A stretch of 64,000 nucleotides of DNA from Sarea resinae. Taxonomy: Eukaryota. Positions 63,040 to 64,000 of the stretch are shown here, piece after piece; the first letter of the stretch is position 1, and each line of letters opens with the position of its first letter. The position numbers and the translations under genes are program-made. The DNA lies in assembly GCA_026026165.1 (NCBI GenBank), contig JAPEUD010000017.1, forward strand, positions 310,001-374,000, given 5' to 3'. Under the pieces are notes generated by a model that searched no databases, was not told the DNA's origin, and worked only from the letters and a program-made list of their open reading frames with translations.

Positions 63040-63450
63040 GTGAGAGCACATGGCGAGAAGTGAAGGGCCAAGACGCAGAATCAATCCCATGACCTTGCGC
63101 TCAATCCAGTCGAAGGATTTATCTAGTAGTGGTCGTGGCGCGCGTCAGAACGTCCAGATCAGTGGGGTGCGTTCATGCCAGTTCGCCCGGTGGGAAGCGT
63201 CCTTGCAAATAGTGCCTTTCAGCAAGTCATGTATTTTCTCTTTATTGTAGGCATATGCAGTAAGCAATCGCATAACATTTGAAGAATTCGATTTTAAATC
63301 GGTCAAAAATTTCTGTTCGCAGACCGTGACCGGGTAAGCTTCCCTATTGTTGGTATATGTACTAGAGTCCAAGGCAGCATCAAACGATGACAAGCAACGC
63401 TCGTACAAACATGTAAAATACAATCGTGGTTCCAAATCGTAGACGAGCCT

Positions 63451-64000
63451 TCAGACCTCCTCGTCCACCCACTCGGTCCGTCCTAACCTCACCACATCGG
63501 CCTGTCCAACAATCCACGTCTTCCCTTCGGGCGCTTTGCCTTCCAGACACAAAAGTCCGGCATGCACCGCCGCTTTGGCAATGACATCTGCATCCTGCGC
63601 CCACCCGTCCTTCAAGTATGAGCCACTGACGGCGCCCGCGAATCGCGCCACGAATCGCATAAAGGCTTCGGGGGGCCGACTATCCTCCCGACCGCCGACG
63701 ATGAGCCCTGGCCGCACCAGGACCGTGTGCTGGAACCCGAGCTCCTGAACCGCCTCTTCGAGTTCCCCCTTCATCTTGGAGTACGGCACCCGGCTACTCG
63801 AAGAGCTGCTCGCGCTCGAGATCAACACGTACACGCGCGCGCCCGCCTTCTTGGCCGCTCTGGCGAGGTCGAGGTTCAGATCATAGTCGACCTTGCGTTG
63901 ATTCTCGAGGCCGCCGGCAATGGCGCGCGTGGTGCCGAGGGCGGAGATGAACATGTGAGGCGGGGGGTTGATTTTCGAGAGGGTGGAGATCCATTGGGTC
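63451..64000 (-). CDS. FMP52: Fmp52/TIP30-like atypical NAD(P)-binding SDR (5' part outside the window)
   Basis: FISALGTTRAIAGG...KVDYDLNLDLARAAK; LISS; YSKMKGELE; VRPGLIVGGREDSRP. Confidence 0.9.
   Translation of the reverse strand, partial: TQWISTLSKINPPPHMFISALGTTRAIAGGLENQRKVDYDLNLDLARAAKKAGARVYVLISSASSSSSSRVPYSKMKGELEEAVQELGFQHTVLVRPGLIVGGREDSRPPEAFMRFVARFAGAVSGSYLKDGWAQDADVIAKAAVHAGLLCLEGKAPEGKTWIVGQADVVRLGRTEWVDEEV

Noticed and set aside
1..64000. CRISPR arrays, rRNA, intact transposons, secondary-metabolite clusters
   Set aside because: None seen; eukaryotic locus with no repeat-spacer arrays, transposase/RT or PKS/NRPS motifs.

Overview
Gene-dense, intron-containing genomic DNA from a filamentous ascomycete (Pezizomycotina-type GT..CTRAC..YAG introns). 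It holds about 22 protein-coding genes. In order: Ysc84/Lsb3 SYLF-SH3 protein, Sft1-like SNARE, ArfGAP, MsrB, CUE/Smr nuclease, Ufd4/TRIP12 HECT ligase, a flavoprotein/F-box-like/ankyrin-like fusion head-to-head with a fungal phytochrome, WW/FF protein, proteasome alpha3, a small Cys-rich protein, an F-box/RPEL-like protein, Ego1/LAMTOR1, a secreted mucin-like PAN protein, Kar5, mitochondrial L6, Met22, Rsm1/NIPA, a SNF2 helicase, a small mitochondrial-type protein and a partial Fmp52. An AT/TpA-rich RIP-like relic and a frameshifted DUF3632-like gene lie at 40-42 kb. The most interesting candidate system is the apparently catalytically dead HFCD flavoprotein fused to an F-box-like motif and short ankyrin-like repeats (ZEITLUPE-like logic), which shares a divergent intergenic region with the red-light phytochrome. 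A recurrent intergenic TACTCCGTA motif is also notable. All calls come from reading the sequence and from recalled family motifs; no searches were run.
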